In this document: in pieces, positions 23,609 to 35,973 of the stretch
How the letters are laid out: each line of letters opens with the position of its first letter
Position numbering within the stretch: position 1 is the stretch's first letter
Source: Stegostoma tigrinum
Lineage: Eukaryota
Direction: 5' to 3'
DNA: 64,000 nt
Assembly: GCF_030684315.1 (NCBI RefSeq)
Contig: NC_081371.1
Span: 27,709,440 to 27,773,439, forward strand
Program-made: the position numbers and the translations under genes
Notes under the pieces: generated by a model
Seen by the model: only the letters and a program-made list of their open reading frames with translations
Told to the model about the DNA's origin: nothing
Databases searched by the model: none

Positions 23609-25809
23609 TCGTGAGCTGTTCACTTATGAACCATGTGTTTGGGAAGGCTTTCTGTTCTACAATTGATTATTATGACTAATTAAGCCTATTTATTCAGCTG
23701 CATTGCGGAAAACGTGATCAATGAGGAAACCATGGTTAATAGGGGTAGCTAATCAACACAAATGCATGAATACTGGGTGGTACTATATAGTGAGGAAATA
23801 AATTTTGTATAATGGAATGGAAATTGTGCAGCACGGAAGATGTTCTCACTGTATGCAGTACAATCTTAGAATGATGCTAATAAATCTCTAAATAGCACTG
23901 AAAAGTGTTAAATCATTGTAGAGGAGAGAAGCACTTTGAAACTGGAACATTGACAAGAAAAACCACAAGTTCCATTCTGGGGAACTAAGTATTGAGGTCT
24001 TGGTTAGCTGAGACCTTTTTTTTATATATAATATGAATTAATTCATTCTTTGTCATTTTGATTCTTTAGCTGCTGGTAACATTACTTCATAATTTTTAAT
24101 GTTAGCCTTGAGCGATTTGTGACACTAGTTTGAATTCATTCAGATCTACTTCTGCTTGTATATTTTTCTTTGCCTCCTTCTCTGATTGTATTTGGTTTGG
24201 TTTATTTTTCCATAGACTACGGAACACTTTTGATGAATAAAAATGAGAACTTCATTTGATCATGTCTATGTGCGTAAGGTTAAAAGTAAAATTTAAAGTA
24301 GGTATTTTTTCAGTACTGTTACTAATGCCGAGATGATAGATGTGGTGTTCCATGACTTCATGTTGGAAGTCTGCAGGTGACCTTTATTTGTACTAATGTT
24401 AAGATGACACACATGCTCCCCAGCGAGACAACATAAATTGATTATTTTTTTTCAAAGCAACTCAGTAGTCTTTCAGTGCCAGCTTTGAAATTTGTACTGA
24501 ATTTCAAAAATGAGTCACAATAAAATATGGACTATTGTGGGTGTAACGTTTATTTCTACAAAACTGTCATTTAAAAGTAAATTTATATTCTACCTTAGAG
24601 CATTATGACTTGAAATAACTAAAATTGCTGCAGTTCTTAATCTCTTCATTTCTCCCTAAAGAAACCATCAACTTCGACAGTAGCCATGGCACATAACTCA
24701 AATTAAATAGTTTTGATTTTATTTCACATCGATTGTATGGTACATTTTGTTGGAAATGCCACAAATTTGTGGCTGTATTAGGTTTATTATAGCTTGTATT
24801 TCAATGTTGCTGGGTTAACTCCTCACCCAGGTCAGTGTGTATAGAACTATTTTTGACTTTAGTAGTTCAAAATGGCAGCTTGTCCTCAACACCACCACCT
24901 TCGGTAATGAGATGTCAATAAATGCTAGCATTCCAAGAATTAACAAGTCAATTTCACAGCTACTACTGAAATATTAGTGTATACTCCATTAGTTGCAGTA
25001 ACTGAAGCTGATTTGTCTGCAACAGGTGAAGTGAAAAGAGCCTATGTGACCTGTAATGTGAACCTGGACTACTGACTGCCATTTAAGCTCCAAAGCCAAA
25101 GTAAATCAGCAAATTTCTTATTAGCATTCAACAGACTTATCTGTACAGCTTGTTTCTAGATATTTCTACCTAGCATCTTGAGTATGTTATATTGCTATTG
25201 AATAATTCCTGAATTAAACAGCAAGGGTCATTGCAGGCCTTAAGCTAAATTGTTGAGTAAACAAGCATTATGGGCTTCAACAGGTACTTTATTTTAAATT
25301 ATTACTTAAAATTTCTTTTCAGCAAGGAACTTCTAATCTTGCAATTATCTAGTCAAATGCAAGACTTCTAACTTCAATCTCTATATTCATACTCCCTAGA
25401 AGAAGCTAGGTACATCCATTGACCATGTCTTTGCTATGGAGAAAGCAAGGTGAAATGGGGTGGAGATGTGCTGTAGGTTTCCTATGCTTCTGGGTAAGTT
25501 CTTTTTTTTTTTTTAAAAAAAAAGGCTCGAACTTTATCTTATTTGCAGAAATCAAGTCCCTGTCACTTCAAGTATGGATGAGCCAAGATAAAACTGGATT
25601 AACTTGTTAAATTCAATAACTGTATTAACAGGATTGGGCAGCACTTTGTGCAACAGCACAAACTGTCAACTCTATTCTTCCCCTCAAGCGCCCAGTTTGA
25701 CATTTAAAATTAGCATGGTGTTCAGCTATTCTGATAAACCAGTCTACATTGCTGTACCTGCATTTTCGTAAGGAAGATTAGCTATGAATCTGGAATATGG
25801 TTAGTGAAA

Positions 25810-25815
25810 AATAAA
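25810..25815 (+). terminator. Candidate distal polyadenylation signal of BCL2L13
   Basis: AATAAA followed within ~15 nt by a GU/U-rich tract (ctggtttgtttttgtt). More proximal AATAAA hexamers occur at 23797, 23879, 24236, 24519 and 24917. Confidence 0.4.
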
Positions 25816-25905
25816 ACATTGCAAGCTGGTTTGTTTTTGTTGAAGAACACTTGGGAGATGAAAGCTTAAGGACATGATTATTTTGTTCTCAAACTCAATT
25901 AGAAA

Positions 25906-25911
25906 TTTATT
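25906..25911 (-). terminator. Candidate polyadenylation signal of BID
   Basis: A minus-strand AATAAA (tttatt on +) about 450 nt after the proposed BID stop codon. Confidence 0.35.
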
Positions 25912-26361
25912 TTAAAATACAGTAAACACAAATTGCCAAACAAGTTGTAATTCTCAGATTCAGCTCTCCATTTTCTCATTCAAAAGATAGCAAACTTCAC
26001 ACTTCAGTTTTTAATGATATGCTAGCCATAAACAATATCCTAATAGCATTTGTAATCAAATTCATACTGTCATGAATTTAGAAACTACAATCACAAAGTT
26101 GTTGGAATATGGAGCTGAAGGCTTTGTTTGTTTTAGATTTCATTCAAAAACAAACTACCACCATTCATTGCACTTTGAGTGATTCCTCAATTTTATCTGT
26201 TTTCAAATCCATTCAGTTCTCAGTTAGGGTCCTTTAGATTTGTTATTTCATATTCTAAAGCAAGTCTCTTAAAATGGCTTCTCTGTAACTTTGTTTTACA
26301 GGAATATAAATCAAATTGATTCAATTTTAACCAAAGATATTCCTATTGCTTGCTTGCAGTC

Positions 26362-26376
26362 TCACTGTATATTTTG
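26362..26376 (-). CDS. BID: BID last coding exon (QNIQ*)
   Basis: The minus strand reads cttaat-ttgatttattttcctttcacag|CAA AAT ATA CAG TGA: a branch-point-like motif, a strong pyrimidine tract and a phase-0 entry. A very short terminal coding exon parallels mammalian BID (GMD*). Confidence 0.7.
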   Translation of the reverse strand, partial: QNIQ

Positions 26377-27119
26377 CTGTGAAAGGAAAATAAATCAAAT
26401 TAAGCTTATGGTTATAATACTGCAATATGATTTTAATCTCTTTAATCTATAATACAAACATTTCAGCAAAAGTTATGGATAGATATTAGCTGTTTTCCAC
26501 CACAAGGTTAGCATCAAGAGTAAAACATTTGTTTAGGAATTTTAATTGTACACAGAAAAAAGATGGGTGGTAAGTATTTTCTAATTAACCATTTCAAAAA
26601 ATGTTACTGTACTACCCTAATGGTCTCCTGCCTCAGAAGTTGGAACGTTACCACTACACTACACGTGACCCTCATATTTGTGGTATCAAATGGGGAACAT
26701 AAAGGAGAAAGTTTCATTCCAAATTGTTAAGACTAGGTGAAAATTTAGTTGGAAGAATTACTATGCATTGCTCAATTATTAATTCATTATTATTTTCCTA
26801 TAACCTATTTCCATAATGATGAAATTGGCAAGTTGGTGAAGCTCATGTGGAATGAGGGTTGTTTAAATAAAATGGAGTTTTTAAATCTTTGCAAGTTTCT
26901 TATTCCACTAATAAAGATCACTTAAATGTGTCAGCTTCACTTTTTTTTTTAAACAAAAGGTTGTGATTTAATTTCAATACCGCAGCTAGCATTAGCTAGT
27001 CTTGTGCTGAATACTCCTGCTACTGCAATGTTTCTACACTGTAGAAACATCGAGACAGAGCTGATTGCCATTCTGTACACTAATTCCCAGCTGTTAACAC
27101 TGTAGCACACAGAAGAAAA

Positions 27120-28060
27120 TAAGGTAGAGCTGAAGCCTTTTCTGGCCCCTCGAGCCTGCTCTGCCATTCGATTAAGATCATGGCAGATCTGACATTCCCC
27201 ACATCCCCTTTCCCTGTAACCCTAGATTCTCCTACTGAAATTAATTTATATATCTCAGCCTTAAAATATACATAATGATTCTGCTCCCACATGTCGGAGT
27301 TCAAAAGCGGCAAGAAATTTGTTCCCAACAGTCTTAAACTGGCACCCTTTAATTCAGACTATAATCTGATCTCAGACTGTCCAATAAAGGAGAAACCTCC
27401 TCTCAGCAATTACCCTGTCAAGCCTCAATCATTTGTTTCAATGAGATTACTGCTCATTTTTTTTTGAAATTCCAGTGAGTAGTGTTCTAAACTCTTTAAC
27501 CTTTGCTCATAAGACCCTCCATCCGGGGGTCATCCTAGTGAACATTCTCTAAACTGCCTCCAATGAAATGATATCTTTCCTTAAATAAGGAAACCAAAAC
27601 TATCACCAGTGCTCCTGCTATGGACTCACCAGGACATTGTACAGTTGCAGTCAGGCTTCCCTACTCTCATACTCCAAACCTCTTGAAATAAGAGCCAACA
27701 TTCCATTAGACGTCCTGATTACCTGCTGCACTTGTGTGCTAGCTTTGTGTTTTAAATAATAGTTCCTTTGTTCTCCCTTCCAAAATGAACAACTTGACAC
27801 TGTTCCACATATACTGCATTTGCTAATTTTCCCACTTAACGTATCAATATCTCTCTGGAAACGATGTACATCCGTCTCACAACCTGCCTTTCCACCTATC
27901 TTTGTGCTGTCTGCAAATCTGGCCACAGTATAGTTGCTTCCTTCCTCAGTCATTATTTTGTAAACAGTTGCAGTCCCAACACTCATCTCTGTAAAACCCC
28001 ATTGGACACAGGTCGACAACCTGAAAATGAACCCCTTATCCCCTCTAGCTGTTTCCTGCC
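27120..28060 (-). mobile_element. CR1 LINE 3' fragment in the last BID intron
   Basis: Minus ORF remnant VARFADSTKIGG...NGMLALISRGLEYESRE and a CR1 tail. Confidence 0.8.
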
Positions 28061-28649
28061 CATCAGCCTATTCAATTTCAATAGTTGGGTTTGGCTCCAT
28101 TTAATTTTTATATTCGTCTATCATCAGGATTATGCTATTTTTCTTGATGACATGAGAATCAATTGCTTTAAGCGCAAAACTGACAACACTGCTTCATCTA
28201 TTTCCCAGACTGATTCTAGCCCAGCTACATCCTAGCCACATACTTTATTAGTCTGACTTTGTGTAAGACATCTAAGAAGGACCAAACACTAGATTTTTAC
28301 ATAGTCTATGGGAAGGTCGTTGACTTGAAAAGTTAACTTTTTTTGCAAAGTTACTGCCAGACCTGCTGCATATTTCCCACATCATCTTTCATTTCAGATC
28401 TTCACCACTGACACAAATTTGCTTTTGTATTTAGTCCTTCCTCTCTCTTCCCCATAATAGCCCACATTTCATAATCAATTGGATCACTTGATGCCTTCTG
28501 GCCCATCTGGTTCTTCATCCTTTCATTATGTTGCATCATTATTTCAGTTTTTACTCAAAACAACTTCAGTAAGTTAAACAGTAATTAAAATTTTTTTTAC
28601 TATCAAAATCAATCCACAATGTATCACTAAATACATTAAAAAAACCTAC

Positions 28650-28871
28650 CCATCCTCCTATATTCTGAATATAATTTTGGAGCGTATTACTAATGTACTG
28701 GACAGTGGTTTTGAAGATGCGTGGAAGCAATAGCGGTTTCTCTACTACAGTTTTTTTGAACAGCATCATTGCCAGCAATAGGAAGACTTTCTCCTGGGGC
28801 ATATCTCGAGTAACATCATTTTGTTGAGTAGTCAAATGGGCAATCATGGCGGACATAATTCTGGTTCCATC
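28650..28871 (-). CDS. BID: BID coding exon 3 (C-terminal helices, ends GGW)
   Basis: tatcag|GAT...GGA GGA TGG|gtaggt, 222 nt. Encodes DGTRIMSAMIAHLTTQQNDVTRDMPQEKVFLLLAMMLFKKTVVEKPLLLPRIFKTTVQYISNTLQNYIQNIGGW, which aligns to human [44 protein letters not shown]. Confidence 0.93.
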
Positions 28872-30314
28872 CTGATATATTAAAAAGAAAGATGAATGAT
28901 TATATTGACAAGATTTACATCCAGTTATTAGGTAATAATTTTATGTGTACAATTTATACAAGCATATGCAAACAAATACATGTTACTATAATGGAAATAA
29001 GTCACAATAAAATCACTCACTTTCTCCTAGCCTTATAGGTTGATCTTAAGCATGAATCAAACCAAAACAAGGAAGTTGTTTGTGTTATTCAAGCTCAGTT
29101 TCTTCAAGCTGTTTCCTTTCTTATTTTGTCATTAACTCTTTATAATTAGAATGGAAGATGCCAATTCAGTGAGCAACTTGAGGAAATTACTTTCTGTATC
29201 AGCATTTATAACTCTAATCTTATTGGATTTTGTAGCAGACAATTCCAGGAAAACATATATATCCCAGCTTCAGAAAGTGAAAAGCTAAAAGTTTTCTAAT
29301 GCTGATGGCTGCTTCGGTCCACTTTTCACATACTTTATTTTCCATTACCTACATTTTAACCACATGGGTATAAACAATGAGGGTGTCATAATTTGCTGCA
29401 CAAGTGGCTCTAATAAAGTCTATCATTAGCTAGACTTCACTTGGCTGTTTAATCTTCCCAATACTTTGAACCACAAGATGTTCTAAGTGTAGATTGACGA
29501 CAGTGCACAAAAGGAAGAAATCAATCACCATGACTGGAAATGAGCAGGGCAAGCAGCTGTCACATTAAAGATTGTGAAACAAAAGCACAGGGATTGAAAA
29601 GAAAGTATAAATATCAAATCAGGTACTGAAAGAACTTAAAAATGAGAAAACTGAGGAAAGAATACAAAGGAGAAGTACATGTATTAATTTTAAAATGAAT
29701 GAAACTCCAAACTTTGAATAGTTCATTTTTGGAGGCAGACAGAGTTCATTGAAGTAATTACCAATTAGCATATAATGAAAAGACAGTCAATAAAGGTTAA
29801 ATACTGGCTCCTCCAGTCACTTCAGACCAGCTTGAACTTTGTATGGCAAATTTAATTTTGTTACTGCCATGCAAATATGGCACCTTCGTGTCACTTCATG
29901 CATTTCAATGGTAAGTCAAAAAGTGGGATGCCATTTTTGATAAGCCAGTGGCAAAGCAGAACATGTCAAACAACTTATGAATTCCACATTTCATCACAAA
30001 TCTTTCCTCAATGAAGTTACTGTTAAGTTGCACATTGCAGTCTTCAGATACTAAATCACATCAGGAGAATTCCCTTTGTAGATGGAACTTCTGTAAGCAA
30101 TCAAGGAGAAAGACAGTGTTTTTCATTCTGAAATTCTACTTTGTCAAAATTAAACTGATGCCTTCATGTATTTAGATAAGTAGTGTCTCAGAGCTTTTTA
30201 ATTTAGGCACATATTAATTCCTTTGCAGCTGAACCATTTATGTTTTAACATTTCTACCACTGCTCCAAAGAAAAAAATTAAAGAAAGACTAATATTTCAC
30301 ACCATTGTTGCAAA

Positions 30315-31646
30315 TGTTATGGACCAGACTGGATGCCCTCAAAATATACTAGGAAGATTGCCTCAACCCCAACCTTTTCTTATTTTTAAAAGGCAACTGT
30401 AAGGTGTTGTTATCCAGATACAATTCAATGGGTCAAATTGGCTTGAAGAAATACACAATTTATTCTTACGCTATAGTTAAATTGCAGACAAAATAAGAAT
30501 TTTAAAAATGCTTTACTATAACTCTATCGAAATAAGTAGCAATTTAATCCGTTAACTACCACTGATTAGCTGTTCCAAGATAGTAACATCCCTTCAACAC
30601 ACTCTTGGCAGAGGCAATTTCAGTAAAATAGATAATCTCACATGCAGCATAGTGGGGTCAGTGTGGTTAGTGGAAAGTGTGAAGCAGACAAGGGAGTCAC
30701 AGACAGAGCGGTCCCTATGTCTGCTCCACGCTCCCCAGTAACCCCACTGACCCCACCACTCCTGGCACCTCTCCCTGCAACCTCAGGAAATGCAACTCCT
30801 GCCTCTACACCGACCCCCTCGACTCCATTCAAGGCAAAAAATAAACCTTCGCCATCAGACATGGGTTCACCTGCACAACCATCAACTTGGTCTGCATCCG
30901 CTGTTCTCGACGTGCCCTCCTCTATACAAGTGAGACCAAGTGGAGACTCGCAGACCATTTTGTAGAGCATTTGCGCTTTGTACATGACAAACACCACCAT
31001 CTTCCAGTCGCGAAACGTTTCCACTCCCACTCTCTGGGTGACATGTCCATCCTCTGCCTCCTCCAGTATCACTATGATGCCACCCTCAAACTGTAGGAGC
31101 AGCAGCTCATATTTCACCTCGGGAGCCTACAGCCCAATGGCCTAAACGTGAGTTTTACCAGTTTCTAAATTTGCCCTCCCTGGCCTCATCACATGATCAA
31201 CCCTCCCTCTCATCTCCACCTCCTTGACCTGATACAACCTGTCAACTTCTCCCCCCACCTAAACACTACCCCCCCACCTCCCTGACCAATCCCCATTACT
31301 CCCTGTCTGCACTCACCTATCACCATTCCACCTACCTTCCCCAGCCCCACCACTCCTCTGTATATTTATTTCGAAGCTCTCCTCCCCTCCCCATTTTGAA
31401 AGAAGAGTCCTGACCCAAAATGTCAACTTTCCTGTTCCTCAGATACTGCCTGGCCTGCTGTATTCCTCATTCTCTACACTGTGTTATCTCTGACTACAGC
31501 ATCTAAAGTTCTTGCTATCTCAAGACCTGTTTATCACAAGCTGTTTACGTTATTGGCTGGAAACAGAATGTTAAGGACCTCCGTCTCAACCTCTCTTCAT
31601 AAAACCAGGACAAAATACACTTCTTAAAAGCCATTGTATTGTCACA
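30315..31646 (-). mobile_element. Probable solo LTR with 4-bp TSD, interrupted by a Penelope-like element
   Basis: Begins TGTTA and ends TCACA, flanked by caaa/caaa (30311-30314, 31647-31650), with a minus-strand AATAAA near 30458. About 450 bp remain once the nested element is removed. Confidence 0.5.
30650..31522 (+). mobile_element. Penelope-like element 3' fragment (GIY-YIG endonuclease) with a short 5' inversion
   Basis: Encodes VCIRCSRRALLYTSETKWRLADHFVEHLRFV...LPVAKRF...EQQLIFHLGSLQP, followed by a C-rich 3' region and the same terminal sequence as the copy at 37571. Confidence 0.85.
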
Positions 31647-33257
31647 CAAACCATAGAGACATTTCTACTGTGTAAAGATGCTGCCAAATGGCTTTACTTG
31701 TGGTACTAATTAAATGGATTACTGCAAAGCATGAACAAAAATAATACGTTAAAGAAGCTATTTTTGCTCCTTTACATGATGGAGCATACATGTTAACTTT
31801 TGAAGGACCCAAACCGTTCTCATTTAACATAATGCATGATTTTTCACTCAAGTTCTATGATTTTTTTGTATTTTTATCCTAATCAGTGCTTTCCTATTAA
31901 TTTATTCACTCTTATAATTATTTTTTGCTCCGTTGAAAATATACTTCAAACTGCATATAAATTAGAAACAACATGGAATATAGGTAAGCAAAAAATCAAC
32001 ACAGAATACAGCTTTTTTAGGACCTCTCCATAAATAAACTTGTATTTGTATTCAAATACATTTCTTTGATAGTGACGCCACAGAGTTTAGGCATGAATAA
32101 AAAAGTTACTAGATTCTTGAGATTTTAAAGAGAAAAGTTTAGGGAAAATGGAAAAGTTTATGCAGAATATGATCAAATTTCTGCTGCAAATGTTGTCATG
32201 AACAGCAAAGGCAAAGTTACCACTGTCTAAGAGGACCACAAAAGCGTTCTCTCATCAGACAGAAACAACTGGTGGTTAGTTTAACCCAAGCAAAGCGTGA
32301 AGTTGGAAAGGCAAAAACTTTGTGGTAACTGAACCTGCACTCTTGGTGTCACTCTGCATCGCAAATGAGCATCCAGCCAACTGAGCTTGTCAAGCCCCAT
32401 AACAGGGAAATTTGGCAAAGGCCACAGTTACAGCAACGGAAAATTTATGGGCTAGGAGGGAATGATTTGGGATTTAGGGCTGGTAGACAAAGACAACACC
32501 ATGTCAAATGTCTTCTGCTTTATTCTGGCCCATTTGGTCTTCACCCCAACCCTCAGTGGCTCTTCCAACTTGTTAAATCTAAAACTTGCATCCTCACATT
32601 TTGTTTCAATCATGAATGAGATGAGCCTAAAGACAGTAGCAAAGGGGAAGATAGTTTAGAAACTCCAGAACACAGTGACAAACTTAGTGAAAACACTGAA
32701 CCAAACTTAATAGGAGTTACATCGTAGTTACATCGTAGGAAGCTTTGTGGATAGTCATGATCTTCAGAAATCCAGGTGTTACTAGTATTTTTTGTGTCAA
32801 CGGGACAGGGGAAGGTCTGGAAAAAGAAATTATCCTTTGGTGATGTCCTAGTTCTCCAAGATCAGTTGGACATGCAAAACATTGGTTAGGCAAGTTGATA
32901 GTTGCAGAACTGTCGTGAAAAATGAAAAACCAAAAAAGGCTAAAGCCATCAACCTATTACTGCAGAAAACAAAAACATAACAGTGCCCCTACCAATAAGG
33001 GCCGTTTGCCAACCAACCAATCAGCACTCTCCTTTCATACAGTATAAATGCTGTTTTCCTTTAACATTAGTATTTCTGCTGAATTGTCCTGATGAACACA
33101 GGACAAAAAAATGTATCTTTTTGAAGCAATACTGAAATTTTATACCACCAAGCAACTTTGTTAACCTACTATTCTTGAAATATTTCCTCCATATGCACAA
33201 AAATACGGATGAAATCAACATTTTTCTAATAGCTTAGTAACTACGTTGACGGCCTAC

Positions 33258-33397
33258 CTCTTGCAGTTGAATCGCTTCATTTGCATGGATAAATTGTTCA
33301 ATCAAGTTACGATTAATGATACTTTGATCCAACTCATCTCCCAACTCAACCAACTGTGCAGCTACCATTCTGTATAATTCATCATCACCTTGATTTG
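33258..33397 (-). CDS. BID: BID coding exon 2 (BH3 domain)
   Basis: ttttcag|CA...GAG|gtagg, 140 nt, phase 1-0. Encodes NQGDDELYRMVAAQLVELGDELDQSIINRNLIEQFIHANEAIQLQE, containing the BH3 consensus LxxxGDxL. Not present in the supplied ORF track. Confidence 0.93.
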
Positions 33398-34545
33398 CTG
33401 AAAATAAAGCAATAGATAATTTGTATTAAATTCAGCTTCTACCAAGTAAATGCTTTTTCATCAAATTGGTTGTCATATTTATATCTTCAGGATTTTTTAA
33501 GAAAATACCTCCATTCAAGAATGAAAAGCCTAGATTTCTTCAGCATTTCCTAAAGGACTTTTGCTGAGATAGTAGGTGCATTTGTTTTCATTCTACAAAA
33601 GTCCCTAGATTCTAGACAAGTCCCGACACAAATGTAAGTTGTCTGTTTCAGAAAGGAGGAAGACTAAAAGCAGGAAATAACAATTAATCTATATCTGTCG
33701 TAAGGAAATTGATGGTATTTGTTACAGTGGGACACTAATAAAATCCCAAATCAATCAAGCATTTTATTTTTGTGGAAGAAAAATTATGCTTGACTAATTT
33801 ATTAAAGCTCTTTGAGGAAGTAACAAGTGTCAAAGGGAACTTGCAGATGTGGTGTACTTGAACTTCCAGAAATCAAAGGAGCCACAAAAGTTACTGAACA
33901 AAATAAGAGCTCATTATGCCTGGGGTAACATATTGGCATGGAACAGAGGATCAGTTAGCAAACAGAGAGTAGGCATGAATAGGTCTTTTTTGGTTTGGCA
34001 TGATATGGTGGGTAAAATGCCACATGGATCAGTGTTGTGATCTCAGGTTATTTACAATTTACATTACTTGAATGAAGGGACTGTATGTGTGGTCGTTAAG
34101 TTTGCTTATAGTACAAATATAAGTGGGAAAGTAAGCTTTAAAGAGAATGCAAGGAATCTGCAAAAGGGCATAGATAGGTTAAGCAAGTGGGCAATAATTG
34201 GGGAGTTGGAGTTGAAAGTGGAAGCATGTGATTATTAGTTCACAGGAAGAACAGAAATACAGCACATTAGTTAAAAGAAGAGTTTGACAAACTCTTAAGG
34301 TGCAGGGGTATCTGGACATCCTGGTAGATGGAACAAAGTTAGATTCCAGGTCCAGCAAGTGATCAGAAAGGTGAGCAAAATTTGCCATTTATGACAAGAG
34401 GAATAATATCTAAAAGTAAGGATTTTCACTACAGTTGCATCAAACTCTGGTGAGACCACATCTAGAGAGTACAGTGTACAGTTTTGGTCAACTTTTTTAA
34501 GAAAGAACATGGCTGCATTAGAAGAAGCGAATTAAAGGTTCACTT

Positions 34546-34692
34546 TTCGGGTCTGGTGACCCTTCCTCAGAACCTGGACCAGAAACATTAACTCTGTTTA
34601 CTCCTTCGCAGATGCTGCCAGACTTGCTGAGCTTTTCCAGCAACTTTGTTTTTGTTCCTGATTTACAGCATCCGCAGTTCTTTAGGTTTTTA
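34546..34692. mobile_element. Short Penelope-end insertion with partial inversion and 13-bp TSD
   Basis: taaaggttcactt at 34533-34545 and 34693-34705. The minus strand carries gttCTGAGGAAGGGTCACCAGACCCGAAA. Confidence 0.8.
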
Positions 34693-35055
34693 TAAAGGTT
34701 CACTTACCAACTTATTCCTGGGAAGAAGGATTAACTTTTGAGGGAAGATTAGACATGTTGGTCCTGTAACTATTCGAGTTTAGAAGAATAAGATCACATC
34801 TCATTACAGCAGATAAAATCCTGAGGGGACAGGAAGAGTAGATACAGAAAGTCTGTTTCCCTTTGTAGGTTAGAACTGTGGGGGCAGTGTAAAGGTAAGG
34901 GGTCTCTCATTTAAGACAAAGATGAGAAAAAAATATTTTCTCCTCAAAAGTCATGAGTACGTGGAATTCTTTTCTCCAGCGAGCAGTGACAGCAGTCATT
35001 AAATATTTTTAAGGCATAGGTAGTTAGATTCTTAACTAACAATGTTCAAAGAGTG

Positions 35056-35973
35056 GAGTTGTTAGTTGGCTCACCAAGCTGAGTGGTTTTCGTGCAAATG
35101 TTTCATCTCCCTTCTCGGTCACACTTTCAGCGCTGTGTAGCCTCCGCTGAAGCACTGTGCTTCTGTCCCGCTGTGAATTAAATCGTCCAGTCTCACATGG
35201 TCGGTAGCCCTGTTTCCAGTTTTGTACAGTAGTGGTATGTAGATGGGGTCTATTTCAACAGGTTTGTTTATCGCACCGATGGTTGGAAACCAGGCCTCCA
35301 GGAATTCCCGTGCATGTCCTAGTTTTTGCTTGTCCTAGTACTGTAATTTTGACCCAGTTAAACTGATGTCCTTCTATATCGGAGTGTATTGAAACAAGGG
35401 AGAGCATATAAAATACCACGCAGCAACTGCAAGAAACACTACATAGGACAGATGGGCAGGAAACTCACCACCAGGATACATGAACATGAACTCGCAGCAA
35501 AACAGCACGACCAACTCTCCCTTGTTTCAAAACACTTCGATACAGAAGGACTTCAGTTTCACTGGGGCAAAGTTACAGTACTAGGACAAGCAAAACAAAG
35601 CCAAGCACGAGGATTCCTGGTGACTTGGTTTTCAACTACCGGTGCAATAAACAAATGTGTTGAAACAGACCCCCATCTACACACCACTACGGTACAAAAC
35701 TGGAAACGAGACTGCCCACCATTACAGCAGGCAAGGCAGCACCAAAGGAAAAGGAAAGCTGACATTTTGGGTCAGGGCCCTTCTTCAGAAATGACCCATT
35801 TGACAGACATATAAATTCGGGGCAAAACAAAACAATGGCACGTCAGAGACTAGACAGCACTGAAGATGTCACCTAGAAGGGAGATGAAAAGTTAGCATGA
35901 AAACCAGTCAGCTCAGTTTTACCAACCAACAACTCCAACCACAACTCGAGCTACAGATCTTCGTTAAAACATT
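35056..35973. mobile_element. Second-family Penelope-like element (GIY-YIG) with long inverted duplication and 15-bp TSD
   Basis: The ORF remnant reads YKIPRSNCKKHYIGQMGRKLTTRIHEH. The segment 35056-35390 is the reverse complement of ~35520-35940. TSD aatgttcaaagagtg at 35041-35055 and 35974-35988. Confidence 0.88.

Noticed and set aside
26949-27100. Alternative BID terminal exon after ...gtgtgctacag (giving C* or LGISVQNGNQLCLDVSTV*)
   Set aside because: Its pyrimidine tract derives from a CR1 tail, and the acceptor at 26377 has a better tract and branch point. It is not excluded as a minor isoform.
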